A DNA stretch of 64,000 nucleotides from Rhizodiscina lignyota (Eukaryota). A model generated the notes under the pieces. It was given only the letters and a program-made list of their open reading frames with translations. It had not been told where the DNA came from and ran no database searches. A program made the position numbers and the translations under genes. Positions 1 through 11,810 of the stretch are shown here, piece after piece. Position 1 is the first letter of the stretch, and each line of letters starts with the position of its first letter. The stretch is taken from NCBI GenBank assembly GCA_010015805.1, contig ML978123.1, positions 1,736,001 through 1,800,000 on the forward strand. The letters run 5' to 3'.

Positions 1-528
1 CTTGTGACCACATTTCTCCCTTTCATCTTATATTTATTATACCGCTCTAGAATAAATCAGGTAAGTAAATCTATGCATACTTTTAAACAACCTATCATTT
101 TCGCCCATAGAACTATCGTACTCATGTTTAAGGCACCAATACCGGCTGTTTTTCTCCAGGGTCTCCCGGCGCTGATGAGAGCAATCGCCTCTTTTTCACC
201 GGGATCTGCACAGGATCTGCAGATCGTCCCATTTGGTCGATCGCTGGCTTATCCATGCAAGGTACACAGGTGGCGAGAATCGTATAAATTGTTTCAACAA
301 TTAGAGTATCTGTTGTTCACGAATATGATTCGACATTGACATCCGCTGCCCTATCATCAGAATTAGCCTAATGAAACGGGAGAAGAGATGTAGTACAGAG
401 TTGGGGGGCCATTAAGAAGTTGCGACGAAGTATAAGTAGCCCTCTCTGATTCTGTAAAGTTGAATTCCTCAAGTCCGCAAATTTTGCTTGAGTTCATTCC
501 ACGTTTAAGAACGTACCGGTCTCCAAAC

Positions 529-1161
529 ATGTATACATTCGTTCTCCCAGTGTTCATCTGTTGTATTGTGCCAGTCTTCGCGGCCCCTCAGCCTAAGCCG
601 TCTCTAACGTTGAATCTTGGACGCTCTGTATCTGTGTTGTAAGTCAAATTCATAATCAGCATCAATATTACCAATAACACTGCAAGCAGCGAGGCGGCAC
701 CTAACAATCTTTTCAACCGCCAAAGCTTCCAATGCAATAACAACGACGCCATCGGCACGGTCTACTTCTCAGGTACCGACCCGAACCAGATCACCGCGTG
801 CGGGGAGAAGTACGATCCGAATAGCGCGAGTGCCGCTGTGTGCACCAATTATCCACACCCAGGTGTCTCGGACTTAAAGGACCTCTGCGGCACAGAGATT
901 CAGATCAATTCTCTTACGAACGGAGAGACAGTCTTCGTGACATACAATGACCTCAACGCAAACTGTGGACAGCCAGATGATCCGTACGGGCCTTCACAGC
1001 TGGATCTCTCGTATGTTTCATCTCGTTGAATACATGTCTACAGTGAACGTTACTGATGCAGCGTCAGGCCTGCGGCATATTCATCGCTTGGCGGCGTCGG
1101 AGAAAGCACGATAACAATTGATTGGAACTGGCAATTAACTGAGACATGCTTGCCAATATAA
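529..1161 (+). CDS. Small secreted RlpA-like double-psi beta-barrel (loosenin/expansin-related) protein, 2 introns
   Basis: Signal peptide MYTFVLPVFICCIVPVFA. After splicing GT-AG introns (~639 onward; 1011-1067) it reads ...ITACGEKYD...DLCGTEIQI...NGETVFVTYND...CG...LDLSPAAYSSLG...ITIDWNW, the TACG/CG/D/LDLS pattern of DPBB loosenins. Confidence 0.8.
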
Positions 1162-1518
1162 TCACGCTTAGGTGTTGCCACCAAGGAAAGGACTACTGAA
1201 TAACTCCAGGTAGAAATAGCTGATGCGTTCGCAAACAGCATCGATGAGAAGCCGCATAAGTGGCGGTAGACACAGTGTTTGGCCAACCGGTAAATGTACT
1301 AAGACCGAATCGTCGATATCTCGCGAGCGCTACTAGCTTCCGTCATTAAATTACGGAGATAGTTTCATCTTCCTTGTCACGTTAATAAACGTATTGCGCA
1401 TCCTGTCTCGGCTTCGTCCACTTCGCGTGTTGTGAATAATGATGGCGTCGTTCTGAAACTCTATGTTCACCTACGCTCGCTGTATGAGTTGAACGCAGCA
1501 TCCAACGAGCGGGCAGCA

Positions 1519-3162
1519 CTATATTGTAATCTGCGTAATTCCGTCGATGTGCTTAAGGTAGAGGCCTGCTTGATGTGAGTTGATGCATAGAGAGGTTGAT
1601 ACGGGATACATACGGCCAACAGTCCAGCGCTTCCCAAAGCGTCGCAGATTAAAACGCAGCTCATCAAGGTCCTCGTCAGGTAGCTCATGCCCACAAAGGC
1701 GAACCGACATGGCAGCAGCGCGCGATAAAGCGCAAAGAGCCACCACTGAGACTCCGTCGGCAGTCTCGTCACGTACCATGTAAGTTGCTGAGTTACACTG
1801 ATCACGGACCATACGCAACAGTGACTGCAGAAGCAGTTTCTCCTTTGAATGCACCTCCAGCTTTTCGGTGCTTGGATTCACTGTTTGTAAAGCAAGCAGG
1901 GCGCTTCCCAGTGGACGTGGTCAGTAAATGAATGTGATCGAGGACAAGGCACCTTACATGGCGGCAAGAGATGTACTATCACAGTATGTATATACATCCG
2001 GTTCCGTGTTGGCTCTGCATATGAGGTCGCGTACCAAGGTTTCCAGTCGTCCATACGTATCGTCGTACGTAGATCCCGCCAAGCGGGCGGGTCGGGGATC
2101 ATTCGCGTAACCTAGAGCCGTCCCAATAAGTAATGCCACTCTCGAGAAGATATGAAAGTGACGATAGGGGCCATTAGAATCCAGCATTGAGGTGAGACAT
2201 TCACCATATGATGTTGGAGGTAATGGTAACGCTAGTGGCACTGGATCATTAAGACTCGACAGCACGGCTGTTCTAGAGAAGATGTCAATGGTAAAATCAC
2301 AACCGATCGGACCATTGACGCACCTATCAAGGATGACAGCGGCCCAGCGGCACGCTGAAAATTGACTGTCGAGATTAGACGGACCGCTTATGTCTTCGAA
2401 ATCGAGCCCCATAAGCCGTGCCATAGCCACACAAGTTGCCAAAGTCATGTGCGCATCTCGTGGTAGACCATGTCCGCATGCATAATATGTAATTATCAAC
2501 CCGGCTTGAAGATATTCAAGCTTTTGATCCTGAGATGCCTGGAGCATGAATATTTGCCTGGTAGTCTGGTAGAGGAGACTGCACATGGAGTGATCATTGT
2601 CCGCGCAAGGTCGTCGTGTGACGAGATAGAGTGCCAAAATCAAGGTAGTCAATTCAGAATCGTCTTCTTGCGGCCATGAGTCGAGCCGGGAGCGGAATAT
2701 TTCTTCACCAACGATAGGTAGCCATCGATTCACCGTTGCAAAATAGTCGTCTGCTAGGCTCATTGGGGTAATTCGGGTGGTTTCAAAGATCCTGCTGATG
2801 AGCTGTGCCAGACGGGAACGTCCATGGTATGCGCCAGCTGCCTGGAGTAGCTCACTAGCGCCGTTGTTGGAAAGATCATGGCACTCCGAGCATCGTCGGA
2901 TGAGCAATGGCGTCGGAATGGCTGAGCTTGGAGACTCACGATGCACAGCTTGCGGCTGAGGATCTGTCCAGGCATAATCGCAATGGAAGAGCTTTCTGAA
3001 TTTAAGACTCTAGTTAATGCATGTGGAAGAACATGGTGAGAGCATGACTTACGAGGAACATCGCGAGCAGCTGGGAAGCAATTTGTCACATCGCTGCTTG
3101 CGCACTCGACAAGACCCGCATACGTTCTGCGACTTGAGAGTCACAGGAATTGAACCGGGCAT
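1519..3162 (-). CDS. Zn(II)2Cys6 fungal transcription factor
   Basis: Exon 1 MPGSIPVTLKSQNVCGSCRVRKQRCDKLLPSCSRCS, with the final Cys after the intron (LFHCDY). Fungal TF middle region YFATVNRWLPIV...LQAGLIITYY...ARLMGL. C-terminal exons in ORFs 1954-2946 and 1519-1881. Confidence 0.88.
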
Positions 3163-3188
3163 TTCACAATATCACACAGTGAACCAGG

Positions 3189-3556
3189 ATCGGCCGACGC
3201 AGTCACTCAGGTTCAAAGTTGAGACTGGTACAGTCCGTTCGGTCGCTTGAGCCTCGACGGCGCATCGATACAGGATCAATCTGCATCGGCCGATGCAGTC
3301 TTGATATGTACCACCGGGAAATTGTAACATGCTTTCTCGATGCAATTCCTGGGGTTGAAAAAGGGAAGTCATTTGTCAGCTTGAAGACGATGTTGAACGT
3401 CCGATGGGTTGCGGCAGGGGGCGGGCGAAAGGACAGGGATCGGCCGATGCAGATGGTTGAAATATCTGATTGGTCCAATGCTCCATCACCCAAGTCACGT
3501 CAAGAAGCGGTCTTCGATTATCCAGGGGAATAGAAGAATCGGCCGAGGATATAAAG
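3189..3556. promoter_or_regulatory. Divergent promoter with four TCGGCCGA palindromes and a TATA-like box
   Basis: TCGGCCGA at 3190, 3286, 3440 and 3539. The second lies in a perfect 18-bp palindrome CTGCATCGGCCGATGCAG (3281-3298). TATAAA at ~3550-3555. Confidence 0.7.
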
Positions 3557-3625
3557 GATGGTAATATTCAGCGATGTGGTCGTGTTATCAGATAATTGTG
3601 AGCTTAGTTGCAGATCTAACAAAAC

Positions 3626-4689
3626 ATGTCTCCCATCGTTAACGTTTCCGTCCTCGGCGTAGGTAGAGTCTCCAAGTTTGAACAGCTGGTTCCATTCTGG
3701 TCGTTCCTTTTTGCGAAAATACTAATGTCTGCGTTCAGGCATCTGGAAACCTTGGCGAGTGCATCGTTCCGGCCCTGCTCAAGTCAGGCTTTGTCGTCAC
3801 TGTCATTATCCGACCCGGCAGCCGTGGGTATACTCCGCCCAAAAACGACAGCACCGATTCCAAAGCGGTGACGATTAAAGAGGCCGCCTATGACGATGTC
3901 TCCGGCCTCACAGCTGCTCTCCAGGGTCAGGATGCTTTGGTCGAAGCCTTCAATCCAGCTGCCTCGGTGCACCAGCGCACCATCGTACGCGCCGCTCTCG
4001 CAGCTGGAATTGAGCACCTTATAACCAATGAGTTCGGCATGGACACATTCAACCCCAATGTTGCCGAAGCCCCTATTGGTAAACCCAAAGCTCTTGCGCA
4101 GCGTGCGCTGGAGGAGGAGCTGCAGGCGGCCGCCGCCAACGACAAGCCAGTGTCCCTGACGTGGACCGGCATTATCACCGGCGTGTGGTACGACTGGACA
4201 ATCCGAACAGGTCTATTCTGGATGAATCCTACCACACGAACCATCACTCGATACGGGTCCGGAAATCAAAGAACGAGCTTGAGTCGCCTGGCGCTCACTG
4301 GGGAGGCGGTCGTTGCCGTGCTACGCAACCCAGAGCATTTCCGCAACCGCCCAGCGTACATTGCAAGCCACACCGTCTCGACAAATGAACTTATTGCCTT
4401 GGTAAATGAGATCTCAGAGAGCCCAGAGAAGTCCTGGAATGTCGTTGATATCCCTGATATGGAGGCTTTTATGACCGAAGGTATGCGTCTTTGGGATGAA
4501 GACACCAAGAACGGTGTAGAGGATCGGCTGAATTCACAGGCATGGGTGACGATTGTAATAGCCACCTTGTTTGACGAGAAGAATCGCTTTGGAACCGACC
4601 TCGAGGAGAAGCTGGAGCCTGGTTGGGATGAAGGCCGGGAGAAGTTGAAGGATCATCTCAAGCAGCTGATCATTGAGGCTGATAGCTAG
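3626..4689 (+). CDS. NmrA-like / isoflavone reductase-family NAD(P)-binding oxidoreductase
   Basis: MSPIVNVSVLG|ASGNLG Rossmann motif split by an intron, then LTAALQGQDALV, AALAAGI..LITNEFG, WTGIITG.WYDW. Confidence 0.88.
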
Positions 4690-4728
4690 GGCGAATTTCT
4701 CCGCGTCCTCGATCTTATGTCTATACTC

Positions 4729-6260
4729 CTAAATATTCCACCTGCTTTTGAAAGCGTATTCGAGTTCTAGTAGAGGAGCAAGGCTCTCCAAAAACCCGCC
4801 TGTAAGATTGCAATGGCTGTTTTGCACATGCTTGATTGCAACGTTAGAAAGGTAAACGAAGCAGAGAGGTATAGTGTCAAGATATTTCTTCTTTTCTTCT
4901 AGGCGTGCTCGCGCAATATCGGCTATCATGGTGGCTGCGTTGTTCAAAGCGGCATCGGAGATTTGCTTCTGCTCCATGACAGATGCGTCCAATTCTTCGG
5001 GGCCTGTCTGAGCAAGGATGTATTCGTGAAGGAGGAACAGCGATCTGAGATTATTAAAACGTACTCCAATTCGAAGATATGCATGCAAGGCCGTACCTGA
5101 ACGAGGTGCCGATTGCTTGGCAGCCTACTCCCCGAGCGCAATAGTTTTGATCCATCAATAGCGCAAGTACTATCCGGAGCTCTTCATCAAGCCTCGTCAG
5201 CTCTGGGAGCTTGCTGGCCAAGTCGTCCTGAAGATTGACGACACGGAGAATTTGGTCCATGAAATACACAGCTTGAGCCAAGCGGCCAAGACTCCCGATG
5301 TCTCTGGCATATAGCTCGTATAACCGTGGTGTCTCCAAGACAATCACATCGTTCCATTCTGATCGAGATCGCTGCTCAGATGGTAGGTCAGATGGTAGTA
5401 CAGTTTCTGGGCCTGGATACTCTGTTATAGGCTTCGCGCCTGGTACTTCGGATATAATGACACTTATTGATCTCAGCAGCGTTTCTTTTAAAGCGTGAAA
5501 AGATGGGATCGGCTTACCGTTCTAGAATCATGACCGCCCACCAAATATTGCGCTCTTCGAGCAAGATGATTGCTGACTTGGAATATGAAGGGGCTCCATC
5601 CCTCCGATTCTCAACGCCATTGAGACCCAGGATTTGCGACATCCTTGCACAGATCCCGATAGAAACATAAGCAGCTTCAGATAGCCCGCTGGCAAACTCG
5701 AAGGTGGAAATGAGGATACCTGCTTGAAGCAATGCGGTCGAAGCATGGGTAACGGCTTGTACTTGAGCGAACAATGCTTTTGCGGTTAGATAAACGTCTT
5801 TGGGTCCAATCGTTACATCCACTCCTTCTGGAGGACGCAGTGTGATTAGACAGATTGCCAGTATGAGAATGGAGAAGCACGCGGGCGGAGAACCGCACTG
5901 CGCCTCAACGGCATTTTCATAGAAGCGAATTGCAGAGACAATCGGGAACTGGTGGTGGAACGACTCGAAGAATTGCTCGGAAATCTCGAGAATGGATCGG
6001 CCAGTCGACCGCAGGATGTGGCAGACCTGCAGGTACACAGCTTCTCCCAGTGTCGTCGGCCGCTTCGCTACTGTGAGGATCCCTTGAGCATTGGCCTGAC
6101 CAATGTCCCCTGATGTGGCCGGGATACGGTCGTCATAGAAACAATCCAATCCACGTCTGATGCAGTATCCGCAGCGTGGCAACTCTTTATCACAAGCCTT
6201 CTTCCGTACTTTACAAAGGTAACACACCCGTACAGCACGTTTCGTATTTGGAGATGTCAT
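4729..6260 (-). CDS. Zn(II)2Cys6 fungal transcription factor
   Basis: CYLCKVRKKACDKELPRCGYCIRRGLDC; FFESFHHQFPIVS; LLQAGILISTFE; EERNIWWAVMILER. Downstream exons in ORFs 5054-5347 and 4729-5088. Confidence 0.9.
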
Positions 6261-6898
6261 TCCTCAGAAGGAGTAGATTGGCTCAGTTCCGGCTATCCTG
6301 GTGTCCAACGACCTGGCAGCCGCGAATATGCCAGGAAAGCTAAAGACAGTATATTGTTTGAAGTGTATGAACACAATTGTCGGCCGCCACTAGCAATATG
6401 AATCTCCATAGTGGCACCAGAGGCGATACATGAAGTCCGTCTCGGGGAGATTATAATATGTTGTACGTCGAGCATGTAGAGGATGAGTAATAGATGAGTA
6501 ACTGGGTCTGTCGGCCGCCGCTATACCTGTCTGAGTTAGAGTAAGACCTTTTGCGAGATCTGTTGCAGGTGATAGTGTTTCTCGTGTACCAGCTAAAATG
6601 AGCAATGGCCTATTTGCAGTTGGCTATCGTGAGACAAATTCATCGAATTCAATTGAGTGATCATATCTTGTCGTCCAACAGCAGGTCATGTCCGGACCAG
6701 CCTTTAGAAATCAGTGACATTTTCATCTCGGCTGCTCTGTGGCCGGACCATCAATGCCTCAAGGGTTCACAGTTCCGATTATGCTGAGATTCATAAGGCG
6801 ATGCTAGACTATATAATAAGTGGCGATCTGCATTGCGGACTTTCTAGAGCAATACTCTCTTCGAATACGAGTCTGCTTGTTACTGATTAAATTCCGAA

Positions 6899-7957
6899 AT
6901 GGCATCTTCGTTGGAATCGAGCACTCTTTTTCGGGTGGACGGTATGGTGGCCGTCATTACTGGAGGCGGCACTGGTCAGTCCGGCTAAACCATGCTGCCA
7001 TTGCTAGCAAATTTGTTAACGTCGCCTTGGCTCATGCTCGCGTAGGGATCGGACTTACTATGGCGCGAGCTCTCGCTCTCAACGGTGCCAGGAAGGTCTA
7101 CATTCTGGGACGCCGCCTGGAAGTGCTCAAGACGGCAGCCCAAGAGCACCCAAGCCTTACCCCGATCCAATGTGACGCAACTTCCAAGGAAGCCCTCCAG
7201 GCAGCCGTGGACCAGATCACGGTTGAAGTGGGATATGTCAATCTTCTGATCAGCAATGCGGGTGTTAGGTGGGCCGCAAGTGCGATTCAATCCGACTCAG
7301 TCAATCACGGAGCTGCGAAAGTCTCTCTTCACCGATTTCGCCATGGAAGGTATGAATGAAACACTGCAGCTGAATGTGACGGCTCCCTTCTTCACCATGA
7401 CGGCTTTTCTAGAACTTCTCGATGCGGGAAATAAGAACGCGTTGAAGGGCGGCTTCGGCAAGCCGATTCAGCAAGGCAGCCATGTCCCCGCAATTCAGAG
7501 CCAGTGTATCTTCACAAGTAGCATAGCAGCCTTCAGTCGGCATTGGACATCAACGGCTCCATACGTGGCAAGCAAGGCCGCCAACATGCAAGTGGTGAAA
7601 TATGCTAGCACCCAGTTGGCCAGATTTGGAATTCGTGTGAATGCTATCGCTCCAAGATGTAAGTACCGCAGGGGCCGCCTGACGGAATGCTCCATCAATT
7701 CTGCGTTTAATACGAGGAAGCTAACGTGCAATCTCAAAGTGTACCCTTCGGAGATGGCATCCGGGCTGATAGGAAGTCGCAACCCAGAAACCGAATTGAT
7801 GGACCATCCACAGTTCCTTCCATCCAAGAGGTTCGGCGGTGACGAGGAAATGGCTGGCGCAATTCTTTATCTGTCTAGCCGAACCGGAGGTTACTCAAAC
7901 GGATCTATTCTTATTACTGATGGCGGTCGATTGTCTATTATACCAGCGACATACTAG
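6899..7957 (+). pseudogene. Short-chain dehydrogenase/reductase with an apparent +1 frameshift at ~7267 (pseudogene or sequence error)
   Basis: MASSLESSTLFRVDGMVAVITGGGT|GIG...NAG in one frame; GGPQVRF...TSSIAAF...YVASK...RVNAIAP continues in another. The junction reads aat gcg ggt gtt A ggt ggg ccg, with no room for an intron. Confidence 0.75.
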
Positions 7958-8835
7958 GGTAAAGCGAGCAATTGCTGTCAATATACGTTTCTTGAATGGG
8001 TCGAATGCGAAAAAAGTTAGCTGCTTATGGACTTGGACCTCTCCGTCGTGATAAATGATTACGAGGCTTTGAGGAAGAGTGCTTGATTTCGACAGTCAGG
8101 ACGTGTATGGAAAAGGGACGCTGATTCATTCCATGGGTGAAACATCAGGTAATGAGCGCATATAGATGTGAGGCAGCGGATGAATTATAATTCAGCCCTT
8201 TGACGGCGGAAGTATGACATCGTAGATGGCAATGACAAGCCCCCCGCAGAGCCGAACGAAATAGGACAACGCTGGAAGACCCAAGCGCACACTTTCGGAG
8301 AATGAGTAGTGAGGAGGTGTGTATAGCGAAGGTTAAGAGCTGCAAGGAGGGAAGAGTTGGACTTGCAGCCAACGACTTGTCGAAAGGACCCAGATCAGCC
8401 GCTTCAGGGGCAACCTATGCCTTTTTAGGCTTAGGCCCAGCCAAACTAAAAAGCACGAGTCGCTCCCTGAGCTCTGAACTATCCTAGAAATTAAGGATAG
8501 TGGTGAGGAAAAGTCCATTGCGAAGGTCACCCACCGGTAATGGAACTTAGAACGAAGTTTCTCCTAGGTCGAGATACCTTTGCTCTCTCTGACATCGTGG
8601 GGCGTAAGTAGATGGTGATGACGAGAATGTATTTGCTGCCACGCATCGAACTTGGAGATATGTCTCACAGGGAATTACAAATTCATTGCATATGTGCTGC
8701 CTTGCGCGCGATCGTACTCTGAGAGACCTAGCCACTTAACATACCACGCACTTTCTCAGTGCTTGCCGTATCTCTCCACCTCCAAGAGTCAATATATTTT
8801 CCAATAGCCATGGCCCATCTTGATCACCATTTGCT

Positions 8836-11449
8836 CTAATACTCTGCCTCTTCTTCTACTTCAATTTCTCTTTCTCCTTCTCCTGGTATTCCCTTCTTCC
8901 ACCCTGTCACATAACCTTTGGGGTTTGTTTCCATCTCCCTCTGTCTCACAACATCCCACACCCTTGGAAACCCCGCCGCCAGCGGGCCTTTCGATCTCGC
9001 GCCCGTAATCGCAAACCTCCTCAGCTTGTGGCTCACGAATCCTCCCAGCAGGCCCTGGTGGATCATGGCCGCACACATACACTCGACTTCCAGCATGTTG
9101 GGTAAGATAAAGTCGTCGTCACTATTGCGCTCGACGTAATTGTCGCGTCCTTCGTCGAGGAAGCTATATCCTGGGTTGTATTCGTCGGCGAAATCGGGGT
9201 CCACGTAGCGCATCGCTTTGGGTATGGGGTTGTTGTCTATTAATGCCCAGTTCGTATTCCTGTTCCCCGGGCCGCCATCGTTGATGGTCATTGGAATGAG
9301 CGCACGCCTCTCCATCCAACGCATGAGCTGTAGCACGTAGTCGAGGTCGAGCGTTGGCGCCTTTCTGTTCTCGGTGTCGCCTCGTTGGCCTACCAATAAG
9401 AATGTGCGACGCATGAGATTGCGCCATATGATAATTTCAGATGCCCTCTTGATCTGGAAGAGGATGCGGTAGCGCAGAAAGAACGGCGCGTGCTCGTTGT
9501 CCACGTCTGTGAGGCGCCGGAAAGATGTAATGTCACCTTTTCGGATTGCAGTGCAGAGCGGCTCAAAGCGAGGTCGTAAATCTTGAATTTCGGGACGCTG
9601 CCATAACGATGGCGACGGGAATCGGCCGAGTACGATGTTTGAGGCGATGAGGTAGATTAGGATGAGTCTGAGCTGATGACGACAGTCGATGAGTTGATAG
9701 GGTGATTTTGGACAGAGGCCGAAAGCTGTTGTGAGGGCAGCTTGGGCGTCGTAGAAGTGCGAGGTCGCAAAGTGGAAGCGACCGAGATAGTAAAGGTATG
9801 TGATTTGATGTGCTTTCGGATAGATGTGCAGCGGGGGGGCCTGCTCATATATCAAATCCACCACAACGGGCACAGCTCCCAATTGGTCGCATTGGAAAAG
9901 GACTTTCAAACAGAGGTTTGCGAGGACATAGACGCCAATGCGTTTGCCGTAGGGTGTGTCCTCGTCCACATCCGAAGAGGGACCACTCCGTTCTCTGAAG
10001 CATTCGATGATTGCAGCGCGGATAATGTTTGCGCAGCGCTCCGGTATGGATTCGCTGCCCTCTTCATCATCATAGGATGGGCGGATTAGGTCACGGGTGA
10101 GATCCGGGTGCTTGTCTAGCACCATGGCGAATGATGCAAGTGCCTGAGAGCATTTGATAACTGTTGGTAGGGCGACAATCCCAAGGACGGAATGCCTGAG
10201 CGCGCTAGTGCATTTTCTATGCCTTGTGTGTTAGCTTCATCCTAAAAAGAACCATTGACGATCAAACCTACTGTACAAGGTCGGTGAGCAAATCGTACGT
10301 ACTAAGAAGATCCTTGACATCAACCAACGTCAAGTATCTCAGATACGCGACCATGAATCGGCCAAACTCGTTCCATGGCATCTCATCTGCTCCATTTTTG
10401 ACAGATGACATGTTGTCGATGCAGGCTTGCTCAAGCGCATCGTCGTTGTCGGCGAGGAAATTGATCTTAATGTACTCAATTAAGAGAGGATACGTGCCGG
10501 GGAAGTTGCCTTGGTGATCTGGCTCGATGACGAAGTGGCCGGATAGTTTGGCGCCGTTTCGAGCGAATATCATCCCATCAACTTGGCGAAGAAACATCTG
10601 AAGCACGCTACCATCCAATGGGACGCCCATCTTTCCGAGTTTCGACGCGACGACCTGAGCTTCTTTAAACCAGCCTCGCACCAAACTTGGGAAATCTCCT
10701 TTATAGTCTTGTTGGCCGCGTATTTCCCTGGCTAGGATGGAACAAAATGCTTTCCCCAGCGGATCCGTCAGATTAATGGCGCGAAAAACAGCTCCTTCAA
10801 AGATATTTCTTTCTTTCTCGACGTGCTTGGCCGCGTAGAGAATGATTTGTACGCAAACGCCAAGGTCAATATCTGTCCCTTCCTCCTTCGCGATGGCTAT
10901 GGCCAAACCTACGGCCTGGAAGAACGCATCGCGCAAACCTTCGACGTAGTCCTTTTGCGGCGCGGAAGATTTGGATCTAGTTCGAGCACCGTAGATCTCG
11001 GAATCTGAAGCTACACGTCGGTACTGATTCTGCTCCGTGTAGTCACCGTCATCGAATTCAATATCGTTGTCCGAAGCGGGAATGTTGTGGTTCTTGACCC
11101 GGTGACGATGCGCCTTTTTATCGGGAGTGTGTTGTTGATTGGATTTCTTGTGTTGGCGCAAGATTGACTCGACTTTTTTGAACCTTTTGAGATCGCCTAT
11201 GGATAGAGGTATCTCTTTGGGAATGGTATTATGATGGCCTCGTCCTCGTCCAGCGCGACCTCGACCTCGACCTCGACCTCGTGCGGAATATGTTTCGGGG
11301 ATGAACTCTTTGACGACGGCATTCCGGTGGTGAGGAGGAGCGGGATTCCGCCCAGCGCGGCCCCGGCCCTGCCAAGCGCCTCTAGAGCTTCGGAAGTCCT
11401 TCTCTCTTGGGCCGCTGGGTGGCCTTGAATCCACTTTCATTCTGTCCAT
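8836..11449 (-). CDS. PCI-domain protein, CSN12/PCID2(Thp1)-like, with long N-terminal extension
   Basis: GKRIGVYVLANLCLKVLF, YPKAHQITYLYYLGRFHF, LILIYLIASNIVLGRFPS, EVECMCAAMIHQGLLGGFVSH. Intron 10217-10271 joins ORFs 10268-11449 and 8836-10125. Confidence 0.8.
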
Positions 11450-11810
11450 GCTCGCAGAGTTGACAGGGTGTTTGTATCTTGCACGGTGAGATTCTGCTTG
11501 CCATTTTCTTTTTCATATCGTGCTGCGCTTCTTCCTTTATTGTCGCGCATTATGTTTGTTCACGGCAGTGACAATGACAATAGATCCACGCTAACCATGC
11601 TTGGAGGATCCCACGTGCGCGGGCTTGGCGTTTCACATGCCACGGGCTGCGGCACGTTCCTGTTCCGCGACGCAGATCTGATGTCACCGACCCACAAAGG
11701 TGCACATTGAAAAGAGCTCAAGCTCAAGACCAGCATGGCCAACTTGCAACCTCCAGAGTCTCCGACCTCCTCGGACCTCAAGTTCAAACGTCAATTGAAG
11801 CGTGCCCAAC

